Shown here one piece after another: positions 35,047 through 51,251 of a stretch of 64,000 nucleotides of DNA. Within the stretch, counting starts at the first letter, position 1. Each line of letters opens with the position of its first letter. This stretch comes from Lingula anatina (taxonomy: Eukaryota; Animalia; Brachiopoda): contig CM120640.1 in assembly GCA_051362555.1 (NCBI GenBank), forward strand, positions 28,668,503-28,732,502. Reading direction: 5' to 3'. The position numbers were made by a program, and so were the translations under genes. Under the pieces are notes generated by a model. The model was not told where the DNA came from and did no database searches. It worked only from the letters and a program-made list of their open reading frames with translations.

Positions 35047-37200
35047 GCTCTCTTAACTGTGTTACATAATTAGGAATCTGTGATAATTATGCAGGTAAAT
35101 GTTGTTTAATATTGCAAATAAGTTAACAAAAGAAAAAATAATTTGAATAACAGTGCCTTATTATCCTCAAACACATTGGGGTTATTCATATCATGTTATT
35201 ACAGCAAGATTAAAAGTTTGAATAGCAGCTTTAATGGGATATTTTTGTTTTGTTTTCTTTTTAATTTATTTTTCAAACATTTCAAGCATTTTCAGCTCCC
35301 ATCCACCTGAAGCTCTTCACATTTTCTGTATTTCCACGTAAGCAGTTGCATTGGTTTTTATGTCTTTAAACATTATGTAATATTATTTTATGCACTGTCA
35401 TCATTATTCAAATATTGGGATTTTCATTATGTGAATTTGGTCCTGAAACTGTAATCTTATTGCAGGGGCAGATTGAGACTGTCTTCTGGGTCTTTCAGAT
35501 TTTAAAGTTCACATTGATGGGTATCTGTTTTTTCTGTTGGAAGACCATCAAAAATGTAGGATGGATCAACAAAGATAATTTGGAATACTGTCAGAAAATA
35601 TCCCTGGATCCGCTCCTGTTATTGACGATGTCACCTGTTGTGCATGATTAAAATTCAGTGTTGATTGACAGTGCTATTGTAGGCATGATTTATCATTGCA
35701 TTAAAATTGACAAAAGGAACCATTTTCTGCATTTTTATTTTCTGTTTTTGTCTGTACATTTGACAGCTTTGCTGCCTTGTTTTTTTTTTTTTTTTTTTTT
35801 TTTTTGTTTAAACATAGGTTGTCTATTGTACTAAATGAACACTGGATGGCTATCTGGGAAAAGTCTTGCCTTAGAGTCAATTTGATCTTTTTACGTCTTG
35901 TAACACAGCTTCAGGTATAAGATAACAATATGTGGCCTCTTTCAGTCTCTATAAATATAAAAATGTAGTGATTGTAGCTTGGATAAATGATTGACTGTTA
36001 CAAGTAAATTAATGAATGCAATTTTTTACATGCTTTCTTTTATTCAAAATATAAATTATATATATGAAATATGCATGATTTGAGGAGAATTGACATCAGT
36101 ATCATAAGTAATACAAATTCAGCAATTTATGTTGTAAAAAAAGAAATAATATTTAATGTTGTATATACTTTACATACTGTATATATGTATGCTATTCTAT
36201 TTACATATGTACAAATATTATGAAACAAAATTACATGTTTATTATGTACAATTTGTACAAGCTCTTTCTGGAATGCTAATAAAATCCCTTCAAAACTGCA
36301 GTGAATGGATGCATATACATGTACATGGCTATTTGTTTATGCACAATGTCCAAGTGATTTTTCTCATACAGTTGTGAACAGTCATTTCAGTATTTGACTA
36401 GCTGTCGCAGCTTGGTCATCATCCAAAACTTAAATTTCTTCATCCTGCTAAGGCTATAAGGATGGGTGTCTTCCTGGGCTTGGACACTATATATCAAGGA
36501 AAAAGTTTATATGTAAAATGGGGCACATATTTTCTCTGTAAAGAATTTTATTAAGACATATTTATAGATCTTGATTATAATGCACTTGGGATGATTATAA
36601 AACCATCTAACTCACTTGTTACAACTTACTTTACATTCAAATCTGCCATCACCCAATTGAAAATAATTTAATTGTTTTATAAAATTTGAACACAATACCT
36701 TAATTCTCCCTCAGTAGATGTACCTAATTTTTCATCGTCATCATCATCAAGATCAATTTCTACAAACCCTGGTGGGAAAAAAGAAATATTTGAAAATTTT
36801 GATTCTTGAAACATTTGAGTTTTGTATTAATCTTATCATTCACAGCAATTCTAAGTATTTATATTTTCTCATTCTAGGAAAGTTAAAAGAACAGGGGAAC
36901 ATGGTACTAAAGCCCTTCAAATGGAATGTCTACTGACAATTTCAAATCACAGCAAGATCCAAATACAGGACCATATTCTGTGCAGTAAGTTTTTGAGTTA
37001 TTATTATTATTGAAGTGTAGCAATGTTGATAGAATGATTTCCCTAGATTGGTTCACTATTTGAAATATATAATTTAAACAACATTTTATGACTGTGATAA
37101 TTTTTCTTTGTTTAAAGGTTGTGTTCAATTTGGCATGCATTGATACAAGGTATATATTAAGGGTGTTTTCTTTGAGGCATTTGAAAAAAACTCTTTTCAG

Positions 37201-38055
37201 AAACAGCACGAAAAGGCTATTGAAGACTGTACCAAAGCACTAGAACTTAATCCTAATTATCTCAAAGCACTTTTAAGGAGGGCAGAAATGTATGAAAAGA
37301 CTGAAAAATTAGATGAGGCATTAGAGGATTACAAAAAAGTAATTGAAATGGATCCAACACAACATACTGCAAGGGAAGCATGTATTGTAAGTCTGGTATC
37401 ATAAAAACAGTCTCAAATACTTTAGATTTGTGTTACATGGTTTTCTGTAATGTGTCAATGTGTAGTAAGTGAAATAAAAAAAAAATGATGTTCATATATG
37501 TTTAAAAGCATCGCAATAGAAAAAAAATGCTAAAGTGCTAAAGTGTAACAGTGCAATATTCACTTAAATTTAAAGATATTAAAATAATTACAAGTCAGCA
37601 AATTGTTTTTATTCATAAGAGAACTAATCAGTGAACTTTTGAATCTGATTGAATCTGTGTTTATTTTCATCTCTTCAGCGATTGCCACAGCAAATTACAG
37701 AAAGAAATGAGAAAATGAAAGATGAAATGATGGGTAATTTATATCTTTCAGTCCTACATTTTGAAATATTTTACAATAAAGCAAAATCTTTTAGACTGGT
37801 CTTCTGCTCTTTGATTTCAATAAAAATCAACATATTTATTTAAAATTTGATTTATGAAACATTTGAGTTTTGTATTCATCTTTTCATTCAGAGCAATAGT
37901 GGAAGTATTTATATTTTCTCATTCTAGGAAAGTTAAAAGAACTGGGGAACATGGTACTAAAGCCCTTTGGAATGTCTACTGACAATTTCAAATTACATCA
38001 AGATCCAAGCACAAGTTTTCCATGTATTTGTCCAGTCAGAAGAAGCTGCAATTAG
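37201..38055 (+). pseudogene. TTC1: Headless TTC1 fragment (exons 4-6), U4
   Basis: Same as 13101-13955. Confidence 0.85.
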
Positions 38056-38982
38056 AACTTTTCTAAAATAGAGAACATAGCTGGCTTCATCATCCTTTAG
38101 ATGCCTTAAATAGTTTAGCTCAGTAGCAAGATTATTCTGATATTTATCAACTTGTTTAAAAGGTTACCACACAGCAGATATTCTTAACATAAGCCAACAA
38201 AAAACTATAAAGGATAAAGATAAGAATTTGCTTGATTGGCAAAATGACTGCTCAGGCCTTTATTTTTTAAATATTAATTTAAGGTGATTTTAAAATATTT
38301 ACTGCCAAAATGAAGCCTTGATGCCCATTTCTTGTCTGTCTACATAAGGAAGCAGTGCTGTGTCATCAATAGGTGCTGATGGTGAGAGAAAATCTGATTG
38401 TGAATAGAGAAATACAAGACGCCTTTTAAACTTTTTGAGCAAGCAGGAAAGAAAAGACATCTATTTACCCAAGAGAAAGAAATGCAGATTGTCCTTAGAG
38501 TACAATTCTTTTTATATCTGTTCGAGTTAAAGAAAACAATTTATGGCCTCATTCACAGTCTCATTTGAGTTGGTTGTAGTTCACTTGAATAAAAGACTGA
38601 TTGCAACAATAAAATAATCCAATTTATTGTCTTTATGTGATTTCTTTATTATAAATAAAATTATATATATAAATGATATGTACATAACTTTTGACATAAA
38701 TATTATAAATGTGTACAAATTAAGCAACTGATGCTGCAAAACAATAATAATGAACAACTTTTTATATATATTTACCATGGTATTCTATTTAACATATGTA
38801 CAAACATGAAACAAAATTTCATGTTTACTATATACAACGTGAACAAGTAAAAGCTCTCAAGATTGTTCATAATGTCCATTGCAGTTAATGGGTGCATATA
38901 CATGGGTGGCGTTTCATGTATGTACAGTGTTTTTTTCATTCAGTTTTTATGAAAAAAGAAAAGAAAAGGAAGAACAGTCAGT

Positions 38983-40816
38983 TTAGTAACGGATTAACTG
39001 TCTCAGCTTTGTGAGTATCCAATATTTTATTTTCTTCATCCTACTTAGTATAGCTTTCCTTTGGGGCTTGGACACTATATAAAGGAAAAGCATATATGTG
39101 AAATGAGGCTCATATTATCTCTTTGATAAATTTCATTGAGGTATTCTCTTCACATCTTGATACTTATACACATACCAAATTTAGAACGGGAATGTTAAGA
39201 AGAATGGAAAAAAATTTACATTGAATTCTGCTAGTTGTTGAATAATGAAATAAAATACCTTTTCCCTCTGTAGTCGGAGCTAATTTTTCATCATCAAGAG
39301 GGATTTCTACAAATCCTGTGGAAAAACAAAAATTACTGTCAAGGCTTAATATCATGGTGCCGTATTAGAATTGTAGTTATATTTGTGTAAGGAAGGGATC
39401 TTTTCTATTAGAATACAATTTGTTAAATATGCTTTGCTTGGGTGAAAAAAAAAGTAGAATAACTTTTGCACTTCACAACATTTGAGAAGCTAACTGTCAT
39501 TTAAGAAAAAAAAGTTCTGAACAGTTTTGGGTTTCATATTTATATGTTAGATTAAAGTCCTGATACTGTACCTTGATCAATACTGCTTTCCTTTTCCCAA
39601 AATGTTCGACAGCCAAAGGTAGAATCTGTCTGCACAAACACAGCCTCTCTCTGTACCCGCTCTGGGACTAGAACACCGCTGCTGGGTGTAAGTTTCCTCA
39701 GGTGATAGATGCCCTCCACAGCTGAAAAAAGGTACAAGCTATATTAATAAATGAATGGAAAGGGTCCATATCTGCATTAGAAAAACAATCATAAAAATTT
39801 CATGTATCTCAGGCATTTGTTTTATACTATTTCCAACACTGCAAATTTACAAGCATGGAGGGAGGCTTTTACCTTGAAGTACACAGTCATCTTTTCCAAA
39901 AAATGTACAGCAGCCATTTGTGGAAACTGCCTGTACAAATACATTGTCTTTTTGTTCCTGCTTTGGAACTAGAACAGCAACACTGGGTGTACTGTTTTGT
40001 GAATGGTAAATGCCCTTAAGGACTGGAAATGAAAAATAAATATTGATGTTAGATTCATTCATCTTTAATAACAGTCATATCAAGAATAAAAGATGTACTT
40101 CTGATTTTGAAATACTTCAGATGCAAACAGATGCCCATAGCTATTTTCTCACCTTTTTCATCACTCCATCTTTCTATCATTTCCATAACAAAGGACTCCA
40201 ATTTTAACATTTTAAACTGAAAATGTTGAGAAAATAAAAAACAAAATAAAAAATTAAATAAAAAAAAAATAAGAAAAAGAATAAATAATTTTTTTTAAAA
40301 ATGAAAGAAAGTAAGAAAAAGAAAGACAGATAAAAATAATTAAACCAATGGATAACAATGAAAGCAAATATAAATGTTATGACAGATAATTCCAACTCAA
40401 AGTAACATTAAAGGAAATCTAGGAAACTTTCAAAACGTACGTAAGATAAAACCCAATCAAGGAAGTTTTCGATAAAAACAATTTATTTGGCTTGTCTTAA
40501 TTTGGTGTTTATTTCCTTTATTTTCGAAGGTTTTCTGCTGTTTTTTTTAAATTTAATTTTGTTTAATTTTTTAAAACTTTTAAACGTCCAAAGCTGTAGA
40601 TCTAAATGTCCGCGAGAAGTTTTTGCATATAGCCGTACGAAAAATTCTTTTGCCGATTTTTCGTAAAATGTATGCCCACATGCATAAAAAACATTTAAGA
40701 AGAAAAGTAACTGGCGTGATTTAATTACTCTAACATATAAAACATCATAAAAATATTATCGTCTTCGATTAAATGAAAATATCTTCCTGAATTTTTTCGA
40801 TACTCACCTCGCTCAT
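38983..40816 (-). CDS. Orphan gene, copy 4 (intact)
   Basis: Exons and splice sites as in copy 2 (offset ~+24100). Confidence 0.78.
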
Positions 40817-43800
40817 TGAAAAAATGCGCAAATCTGCCGCTTTTGTTGCTAGGCACGCTCTCCAATGTGATTGGCTGAAAGTTCGCTGAAACTCGAGCGT
40901 TTACGTTTTTCTCCGCCTCCGACATACATGCAATGGAAAAGAGTGACGCAGACGCCTGAAATATTTCACAATATTTGATCGGTTGTCAGGATTCCATATC
41001 CCGTAATGAGTGATGGGTGCTAGCAAATATACATTTCATTACAAAATAGGCATGTTACCAAAGATGGTATTTTTTTTTCTCAGTCAGAATTCTCTGAAAT
41101 TCTCGTTTTGTTCGTTCAAATATGGCAATATCCAAGGAATAATTTACACATGAAATTAAGCTTCTTTCATTATTATTTCAGAACTTCAAAACACAATTTT
41201 GAAAGCTACGAGGACTTAAAAGCTATAAATTTGCGTACTCAGTACGTCTTTGACCTCATTACTACAGTACCAACCCGTAATTTTATTTATTTTTCAAATT
41301 TATATGGGATTTGCTTAGCAAAAAGTCATTTTGTAAGTCGGCATTCTTTTAACAAAAGTGTTTTTTTTTTTTTTTCATGTACTTTAACTGTGTTTGCTCC
41401 ATTTTGTTTTACTTCATCTTTGTTGAGGTTTTTTGTTCAGGAAAGACTCCTTTCACTCTTTTATATATCAGCATAATAAAAAAAAAAGCTTTAAAATATC
41501 TTGTAACACAGCTTCATGCAGACTTAAAGGGCCTAGCAATTAAATCTCTGGTTTTATTTTATCTTAAAATCCTATATAGGCCACTGTAAGGATGGCATGT
41601 GTGGTAGGTGGGGGAAACCATTAAGGGAGTATGAGGCTTTGCTTTCAAGTAGGTCCACCATATTTGAGCCTTGAATCAGTTAGTCCTAGGATCAAACTGT
41701 ATTGAATGCGGCCCTAGATCTAACACAACATGCTGTGGGGGAAGCATGCATTGTAAGTGTAGTATTACAAATACTGGTCTTAGATATTGTAGATTTTTGT
41801 TGTGTTGTGTATTTATGTGTAGTAAAACCAAATATGAAAAACAAACGGTGTTCATATGTTTGAAAAACATTGATTTTCAAAAAAGTGCATATAGGAATAC
41901 AATATTAGAAAACAGAAGTTACCATAGCAATTTGAAGAAAGAAATGATAAAATGAAAGGTGCACTGATAGGTAAATTTTTATTTCAGATATTTCAGCACT
42001 ACAGTACCATGCAGTAAATTTTGAAATACTTTATATGAAAGCAAAACATTTTAGACTGGTCCTCTGCTCATTGATTTTAATAGCAGTCAACATATTTATT
42101 AAAATTTTGATTCTTGTTACATTTGAGTTTTGTATTAATCATCTCATTTTTGAGAATTTGGTTTTATTGACAGAATTGGCAGCTCTAGCATGGATTTTTA
42201 AAAATATCAATTAAGGGTGTTCTTTAAATATTTCCTGCCAAAATAAATTCTGGATGCCAAAATCTGATATCTGTCTACAAAGGAGAGTGGTGATTTGTGC
42301 TCAATAGGTGCTGTTGGTGAGAGCAAATCGGATTGCAAGTAAAGTGATAAGAAAAGCACCATTTTTACTTTTTGTTTTCAGCAAGCAGAGGAGAATAGAC
42401 ATCTATTTTCTTAAGATGAAGAAATGCAGATTGTCCTTAGAGCAGGGGTTTCTGCAGGATTTGCATCACAGTAGGTCAACATTCCAAAACGTTGATCTGT
42501 AATTTGGTAATTTGGTCACCAATTTACAAGAAATTCAACTACAAATATACTGTCATTTCTTAATATTTCATAAGCCATCCAGCCTTTTTTTTTTTTTTTT
42601 TTTTTGAAAAACATAGGTTGTCTATTGTATTAAATGAACACTGGATGGCTATCTGGGAAAAGTCTTGCCTTAGAGTCAATTTGATCTTTTTATATCTTGT
42701 AACACAGCTTCAGGTATAAGATAACAATATGTGGCCTCTTTCAGTCTCTTTAAATATAAAAATGTAGTGATTGTAGGCCATCGCCGCCGTCGCCGTCGCT
42801 GTGCACTCAGCGATAACACGATAAGTGGAATACCGTTTAACATTTTGTATTCAAATTTACAGAACTGATGAATATTCATAATACGCAGGTCAAGTTCAAA
42901 AATCAGCATGATCGGGCCATTTTTAGGGAAGTTATGCTGTTTTTTCACTTTTTTTAGCATTATTATAACACCGATAACACGATAAGTGAAAAACATTCTT
43001 ACTTTTTGGCTTGAAACTTATAAAGCTGATGAATATTCATAATATGTAGGTCAAGTTCGAAAATCAGAGTTATCAGGTCAATTTTATGGAAGTAATGCTG
43101 TTTTTTCACTTTTTTCAGCATATATGCAACACTGATAACACAATAAGTGAAAAAACGTTTTACCTTTTGGCTTGAAACTGACAGAATTGATGAATATTTA
43201 TAATACGCAGGTCAAATTTGAAAATCAGCATGATCCGGCCATTTTAAGGGAAGTTATGCTGTTTTTTCACTTTTTTCAGCATATATGCAGCACTGATAAC
43301 ACAATATAAGATTAACAGATGGGCAAATTGTCATTATACTCACAGGACTGGTCAATCTTACTAAAACGTAGGATGAGTTGGAAAAGCAGCATAATCGTGC
43401 CATTATTTTAGATGTTATGCTGTTTTTCACATTTCCTCAGATTCAATTCTTAAGCATGTTAACAGTCTCATTATTGAACTAATAAGATACGTAAAAGTGT
43501 TTGTTTGACATTTCCTGCATCTTTATAACATTGTTAGTTGATTATGTAAAAATGATGGTAAACTTGTTATTGTGTATTATGTTATAAAGTGTCAAAAATG
43601 GAAATAAACTCATATCATTGCAGTTTGTCAGATTCAATCATCTACTATCTTCAGAATCTCAGAATGGAGGAAATTGGACATTTAACACTGTTCTATTGAT
43701 ATTTTCCCATCTCATCAATTTTCTTAGTTGATCATATTAAAATGTCAGTAAGCAGTTTATTTTGGGTTTTTTTTTCACTTTTTTTAGCATTTTTATAACA

Positions 43801-45129
43801 CCTATAACATAATAAGTGAAAAACATTTTTACTTTTTGGCTTCAAACTTATAGAACTGATGAATGTTCATAAATCGCAGGTCAAGTTTGAAAATCAGCAT
43901 TATCGGGTCAATTTTATGGAAGCTAAGAACTTCCACTTCTAAGAACTTTTCACTTTTTTCAGCATATATGCAGCACTGATAACACAATAAGTGAAAAACC
44001 ATTTTACCTTTTAGCTTGAAACTTACAGAACTGATGAATATTTATAATACGCAGGTCGAGTTTGAAAATCGGCATGATCGGGCCATTTTAAGGGAAGTTA
44101 TGCTGTTTTTTCACTTTTTCAGCATATATGCAGCACTGATAACACAATATAAGATTAACAGATCTGCCAATTGTCATTATACTCACAGGACTAGTCAATC
44201 TTATTAATAAGTAGGATGAGTTCGAAAATCAGCATAATCGGGCCATTATTTTAAAAGTTATGCTGTTTTTTCACATTTCCTCAGATTCAATTGTTAGGCA
44301 TGTTAACAGTCTCATTATTGAACTAATAAGATACGTAAAAGTGTTTGTTTGACATTTCCTGCATCTTTATAACATTGTTAGTTGATTATGTAAAAATGAT
44401 GATAAACTTGTTATTGTGTATTATGTTATAAAGTGTCAAAAATGGAAATAAACTCATATCATTGCAGTTTGTCAGATTCAAACATCTACTATCTTCAGAA
44501 TCTCAGAATGGAGGAAACTGGACATTTAAAATTGTTCTATTGATATTTTTCCTATGTCAACAATTTTCTCAGTTGTTCATTTAAAAATGACAGTAAATTG
44601 ATTATTTTGTTATATGAAAAAAAGGTGTTGAAAATAGAAAGAAAATCAGTTCAATACAGTTATCTCTTGTATACATTTTGGCATTTTGAAAGTGTGACTC
44701 TGAACTTCCATGGCCTTGAAGACCTTTCCATGGCACATTTTCTGTATATCCATGATACTTTTATTTTATTATTAAAAATTGATGGTCATTATGTTATATT
44801 GCATAAAAGTTGAAGAAAACCCTATTTTGGAAATGGCTGCCGTAATGACCATTAAGGAAAAACCATGTTACTTATGATACTCAAACTTACTGAAAAGTTT
44901 CGTAAGACTGACGTGCAGTTTGTGTTGGAAAATCAGTGTGATTGTTTTCTGTTTTGGAAGCAATGCAGCTCTATAGAGTGCTATATGGGGCTACTGTTTA
45001 TGGATGGTGGTAATTGTCCCTTGGGGTAGTCACAAGCTAAATTCAGAGCTATTAAATCATTTGCCTAATTAATTTCCAAGTGCCCATTAAATAAGATTAC
45101 ATAAAACACACGTTGAGATTTCCCATAGG

Positions 45130-45475
45130 TTAAAGGGATAATAACTCTTCGTTTTGGCCAAAAAATGAATTTTCCTGGAGTAAACAACAATTTTCCCATA
45201 CTTACCAATGATTAATGAATCCATTTTTACATTCAAATTTAGTCCTTGGTTTTTTTCTAAAAAGTTTGGTTTTTTTGTTAAAATCTCTTAAGAGATTATA
45301 ACAGAGTATAGCCATCAGTGGAGGTCACGTGATCTTAAGACAAGCTCAGATATCAGAATAATAGCTATAACTGCTGTTTTCGTCGTAAAACAGAATATAT
45401 TATATTTCTATGAGTTATTTACAATGTTTTTATTGTGAAATATAGATTTCATACGAAGAGTTATTATCCCTTTAA
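45130..45475 (-). mobile_element. Kolobok-like MITE (U4 copy)
   Basis: Same as 10598-10943. Confidence 0.85.
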
Positions 45476-47634
45476 GCTCTCTTAACTGTGTTACATAATT
45501 AGGAATCTGTGATAATTATGCAGGTAAATGTTGTTTAATATTGCAAATAAGTTAACAAAAGAAAAAATAATTTGAATAACAGTGCCTTATTATCCTCAAA
45601 CACATTGGGGTTATTCATATCATGTTATTACAGCAAGATTAAAAGTTTGAATAGCAGCTTTAATGGGATATTTTTGTTTTGTTTTCTTTTTAATTTATTT
45701 TTCAAACATTTCAAGCATTTTCAGCTCCCATCCACCTGAAGCTCTTCACATTTTCTGTATTTCCACGTAAGCAGTTGCATTGGTTTTTATGTCTTTAAAC
45801 ATTATGTAATATTATTTTATGCACTGTCATCATTATTCAAATATTGGGATTTTCATTATGTGAATTTGGTCCTGAAACTGTAATCTTATTGCAGGGGCAG
45901 ATTGAGACTGTCTTCTGGGTCTTTCAGATTTTAAAGTTCACATTGATGGGTATCTGTTTTTTCTGTTGGAAGACCATCAAAAATGTAGGATGGATCAACA
46001 AAGATAATTTGGAATACTGTCAGAAAATATCCCTGGATCCGCTCCTGTTATTGACGATGTCACCTGTTGTGCATGATTAAAATTCAGTGTTGATTGACAG
46101 TGCTATTGTAGGCATGATTTATCATTGCATTAAAATTGACAAAAGGAACCATTTTCTGCATTTTTATTTTCTGTTTTTGTCTGTACATTTGACAGCTTTG
46201 CTGCCTTGTTTTTTTTTTTTTTTTTTTTTTTTTTTGTTTAAACATAGGTTGTCTATTGTACTAAATGAACACTGGATGGCTATCTGGGAAAAGTCTTGCC
46301 TTAGAGTCAATTTGATCTTTTTACGTCTTGTAACACAGCTTCAGGTATAAGATAACAATATGTGGCCTCTTTCAGTCTCTATAAATATAAAAATGTAGTG
46401 ATTGTAGCTTGGATAAATGATTGACTGTTACAAGTAAATTAATGAATGCAATTTTTTACATGCTTTCTTTTATTCAAAATATAAATTATATATATGAAAT
46501 ATGCATGATTTGAGGAGAATTGACATCAGTATCATAAGTAATACAAATTCAGCAATTTATGTTGTAAAAAAAGAAATAATATTTAATGTTGTATATACTT
46601 TACATACTGTATATATGTATGCTATTCTATTTACATATGTACAAATATTATGAAACAAAATTACATGTTTATTATGTACAATTTGTACAAGCTCTTTCTG
46701 GAATGCTAATAAAATCCCTTCAAAACTGCAGTGAATGGATGCATATACATGTACATGGCTATTTGTTTATGCACAATGTCCAAGTGATTTTTCTCATACA
46801 GTTGTGAACAGTCATTTCAGTATTTGACTAGCTGTCGCAGCTTGGTCATCATCCAAAACTTAAATTTCTTCATCCTGCTAAGGCTATAAGGATGGGTGTC
46901 TTCCTGGGCTTGGACACTATATATCAAGGAAAAAGTTTATATGTAAAATGGGGCACATATTTTCTCTGTAAAGAATTTTATTAAGACATATTTATAGATC
47001 TTGATTATAATGCACTTGGGATGATTATAAAACCATCTAACTCACTTGTTACAACTTACTTTACATTCAAATCTGCCATCACCCAATTGAAAATAATTTA
47101 ATTGTTTTATAAAATTTGAACACAATACCTTAATTCTCCCTCAGTAGATGTACCTAATTTTTCATCGTCATCATCATCAAGATCAATTTCTACAAACCCT
47201 GGTGGGAAAAAAGAAATATTTGAAAATTTTGATTCTTGAAACATTTGAGTTTTGTATTAATCTTATCATTCACAGCAATTCTAAGTATTTATATTTTCTC
47301 ATTCTAGGAAAGTTAAAAGAACAGGGGAACATGGTACTAAAGCCCTTCAAATGGAATGTCTACTGACAATTTCAAATCACAGCAAGATCCAAATACAGGA
47401 CCATATTCTGTGCAGTAAGTTTTTGAGTTATTATTATTATTGAAGTGTAGCAATTTCAGTTGATAGAATGATTTCCCTAGATTGGTTCACTATTTGAAAT
47501 ATATAATTTAAACAACATTTTATGACTGTGATAATTTTTCTTTGTTTAAAGGTTGTGTTCAATTTGGCATGCATTGATACAAGGTATATATTAAGGGTGT
47601 TTTCTTTGAGGCATTTGAAAAAAACTCTTTTCAG

Positions 47635-48489
47635 AAACAGCACGAAAAGGCTATTGAAGACTGTACCAAAGCACTAGAACTTAATCCTAATTATCTCAAA
47701 GCACTTTTAAGGAGGGCAGAAATGTATGAAAAGACTGAAAAATTAGATGAGGCATTAGAGGATTACAAAAAAGTAATTGAAATGGATCCAACACAACATA
47801 CTGCAAGGGAAGCATGTATTGTAAGTCTGGTATCATAAAAACAGTCTCAAATACTTTAGATTTGTGTTACATGGTTTTCTGTAATGTGTCAATGTGTAGT
47901 AAGTGAAATAAAAAAAAAATGATGTTCATATATGTTTAAAAGCATCGCAATAGAAAAAAAATGCTAAAGTGCTAAAGTGTAACAGTGCAATATTCACTTA
48001 AATTTAAAGATATTAAAATAATTACAAGTCAGCAAATTGTTTTTATTCATAAGAGAACTAATCAGTGAACTTTTGAATCTGATTGAATCTGTGTTTATTT
48101 TCATCTCTTCAGCGATTGCCACAGCAAATTACAGAAAGAAATGAGAAAATGAAAGATGAAATGATGGGTAATTTATATCTTTCAGTCCTACATTTTGAAA
48201 TATTTTACAATAAAGCAAAATCTTTTAGACTGGTCTTCTGCTCTTTGATTTCAATAAAAATCAACATATTTATTTAAAATTTGATTTATGAAACATTTGA
48301 GTTTTGTATTCATCTTTTCATTCAGAGCAATAGTGGAAGTATTTATATTTTCTCATTCTAGGAAAGTTAAAAGAACTGGGGAACATGGTACTAAAGCCCT
48401 TTGGAATGTCTACTGACAATTTCAAATTACATCAAGATCCAAGCACAAGTTTTCCATGTATTTGTCCAGTCAGAAGAAGCTGCAATTAG
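47635..48489 (+). pseudogene. TTC1: Headless TTC1 fragment (exons 4-6), U5
   Basis: Same as 13101-13955. Confidence 0.85.
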
Positions 48490-49417
48490 AACTTTTCTAA
48501 AATAGAGAACATAGCTGGCTTCATCATCCTTTAGATGCCTTAAATAGTTTAGCTCAGTAGCAAGGATTGTTCTGATATTTATCAACTTGTTTAAAAGGTT
48601 ACCACACAGCAGATATTCTTAACATAAGCCAACAAAAAACTATAAAGGATAAAGATAAGAATTTGCTTGATTGGCAAAATGACTGCTCAGGCCTTTATTT
48701 TTTAAATATTAATTTAAGGTGATTTTAAAATATTTACTGCCAAAATGAAGCCTTGATGCCCATTTCTTGTCTGTCTACATAAGGAAGCAGTGCTGTGTCA
48801 TCAATAGGTGCTGATGGTGAGAGAAAATCTGATTGTGAATAGAGAAATACAAGACGCCTTTTAAACTTTTTGAGCAAGCAGGAAAGAAAAGACATCTATT
48901 TACCCAAGAGAAAGAAATGCAGATTGTCCTTAGAGTACAATTCTTTTTATATCTGTTCGAGTTAAAGAAAACAATTTATGGCCTCATTCACAGTCTCATT
49001 TGAGTTGGTTGTAGTTCACTTGAATAAAAGACTGATTGCAACAATAAAATAATCCAATTTATTGTCTTTATGTGATTTCTTTATTATAAATAAAATTATA
49101 TATATAAATGATATGTACATAACTTTTGACATAAATATTATAAATGTGTACAAATTAAGCAACTGATGCTGCAAAACAATAATAATGAACAACTTTTTAT
49201 ATATATTTACCATGGTATTCTATTTAACATATGTACAAACATGAAACAAAATTTCATGTTTACTATATACAACGTGAACAAGTAAAAGCTCTCAAGATTG
49301 TTCATAATGTCCATTGCAGTTAATGGGTGCATATACATGGGTGGCGTTTCATGTATGTACAGTGTTTTTTTCATTCAGTTTTTATGAAAAAAGAAAAGAA
49401 AAGGAAGAACAGTCAGT

Positions 49418-51251
49418 TTAGTAACGGATTAACTGTCTCAGCTTTGTGAGTATCCAATATTTTATTTTCTTCATCCTACTTAGTATAGCTTTCCTTTGGG
49501 GCTTGGACACTATATAAAGGAAAAGCATATATGTGAAATGAGGCTCATATTATCTCTTTGATAAATTTCATTGAGGTATTCTCTTCACATCTTGATACTT
49601 ATACACATACCAAATTTAGAACGGGAATGTTAAGAAGAATGGAAAAAAATTTACATTGAATTCTGCTAGTTGTTGAATAATGAAATAAAATACCTTTTCC
49701 CTCTGTAGTCGGAGCTAATTTTTCATCATCAAGAGGGATTTCTACAAATCCTGTGGAAAAACAAAAATTACTGTCAAGGCTTAATATCATGGTGCCGTAT
49801 TAGAATTGTAGTTATATTTGTGTAAGGAAGGGATCTTTTCTATTAGAATACAATTTGTTAAATATGCTTTGCTTGGGTGAAAAAAAAGTAGAATAACTTT
49901 TGCACTTCACAACATTTGAGAAGCTAACTGTCATTTAAGAAAAAAAAGTTCTGAACAGTTTTGGGTTTCATATTTATATGTTAGATTAAAGTCCTGATAC
50001 TGTACCTTGATCAATACTGCTTTCCTTTTCCCAAAATGTTCGACAGCCAAAGGTAGAATCTGTCTGCACAAACACAGCCTCTCTCTGTACCCGCTCTGGG
50101 ACTAGAACACCGCTGCTGGGTGTAAGTTTCCTCAGGTGATAGATGCCCTCCACAGCTGAAAAAAGGTACAAGCTATATTAATAAATGAATGGAAAGGGTC
50201 CATATCTGCATTAGAAAAACAATCATAAAAATTTCATGTATCTCAGGCATTTGTTTTATACTATTTCCAACACTGCAAATTTACAAGCATGGAGGGAGGC
50301 TTTTACCTTGAAGTACACAGTCATCTTTTCCAAAAAATGTACAGCAGCCATTTGTGGAAACTGCCTGTACAAATACATTGTCTTTTTGTTCCTGCTTTGG
50401 AACTAGAACAGCAACACTGGGTGTACTGTTTTGTGAATGGTAAATGCCCTTAAGGACTGGAAATGAAAAATAAATATTGATGTTAGATTCATTCATCTTT
50501 AATAACAGTCATATCAAGAATAAAAGATGTACTTCTGATTTTGAAATACTTCAGATGCAAACAGATGCCCATAGCTATTTTCTCACCTTTTTCATCACTC
50601 CATCTTTCTATCATTTCCATAACAAAGGACTCCAATTTTAACATTTTAAACTGAAAATGTTGAGAAAATAAAAAACAAAATAAAAAATTAAATAAAAAAA
50701 AAATAAGAAAAAGAATAAATAATTTTTTTTAAAAATGAAAGAAAGTAAGAAAAAGAAAGACAGATAAAAATAATTAAACCAATGGATAACAATGAAAGCA
50801 AATATAAATGTTATGACAGATAATTCCAACTCAAAGTAACATTAAAGGAAATCTAGGAAACTTTCAAAACGTACGTAAGATAAAACCCAATCAAGGAAGT
50901 TTTCGATAAAAACAATTTATTTGGCTTGTCTTAATTTGGTGTTTATTTACTTTATTTTCGAAGGTTCTTCTGCTGTTTTTTTTAAATTTAATTTTGTTCA
51001 ATTTTTTAAAACTTTTAAACGTCCAAAGCTGTAGATCTAAATGTCCGCGAGAAGTTTTTGCATATGGCCGTACGAAAATTTCTTTTGCCGATTTTTCGTA
51101 AAATGTATGCCCACATGCATAAAAAACATTTAAGAAGAAAAGTAACTGGCGTGATTTAATTACTCTAACATATAAAACATCATAAAAATATTATCGTCTT
51201 CGATTAAATGAAAATATCTTCCTGAATTTTTTCGATACTCACCTCGCTCAT
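49418..51251 (-). CDS. Orphan gene, copy 5 (intact CDS; transposon in the upstream region)
   Basis: Exons and splice sites as in copy 2 (offset ~+34535). Confidence 0.76.
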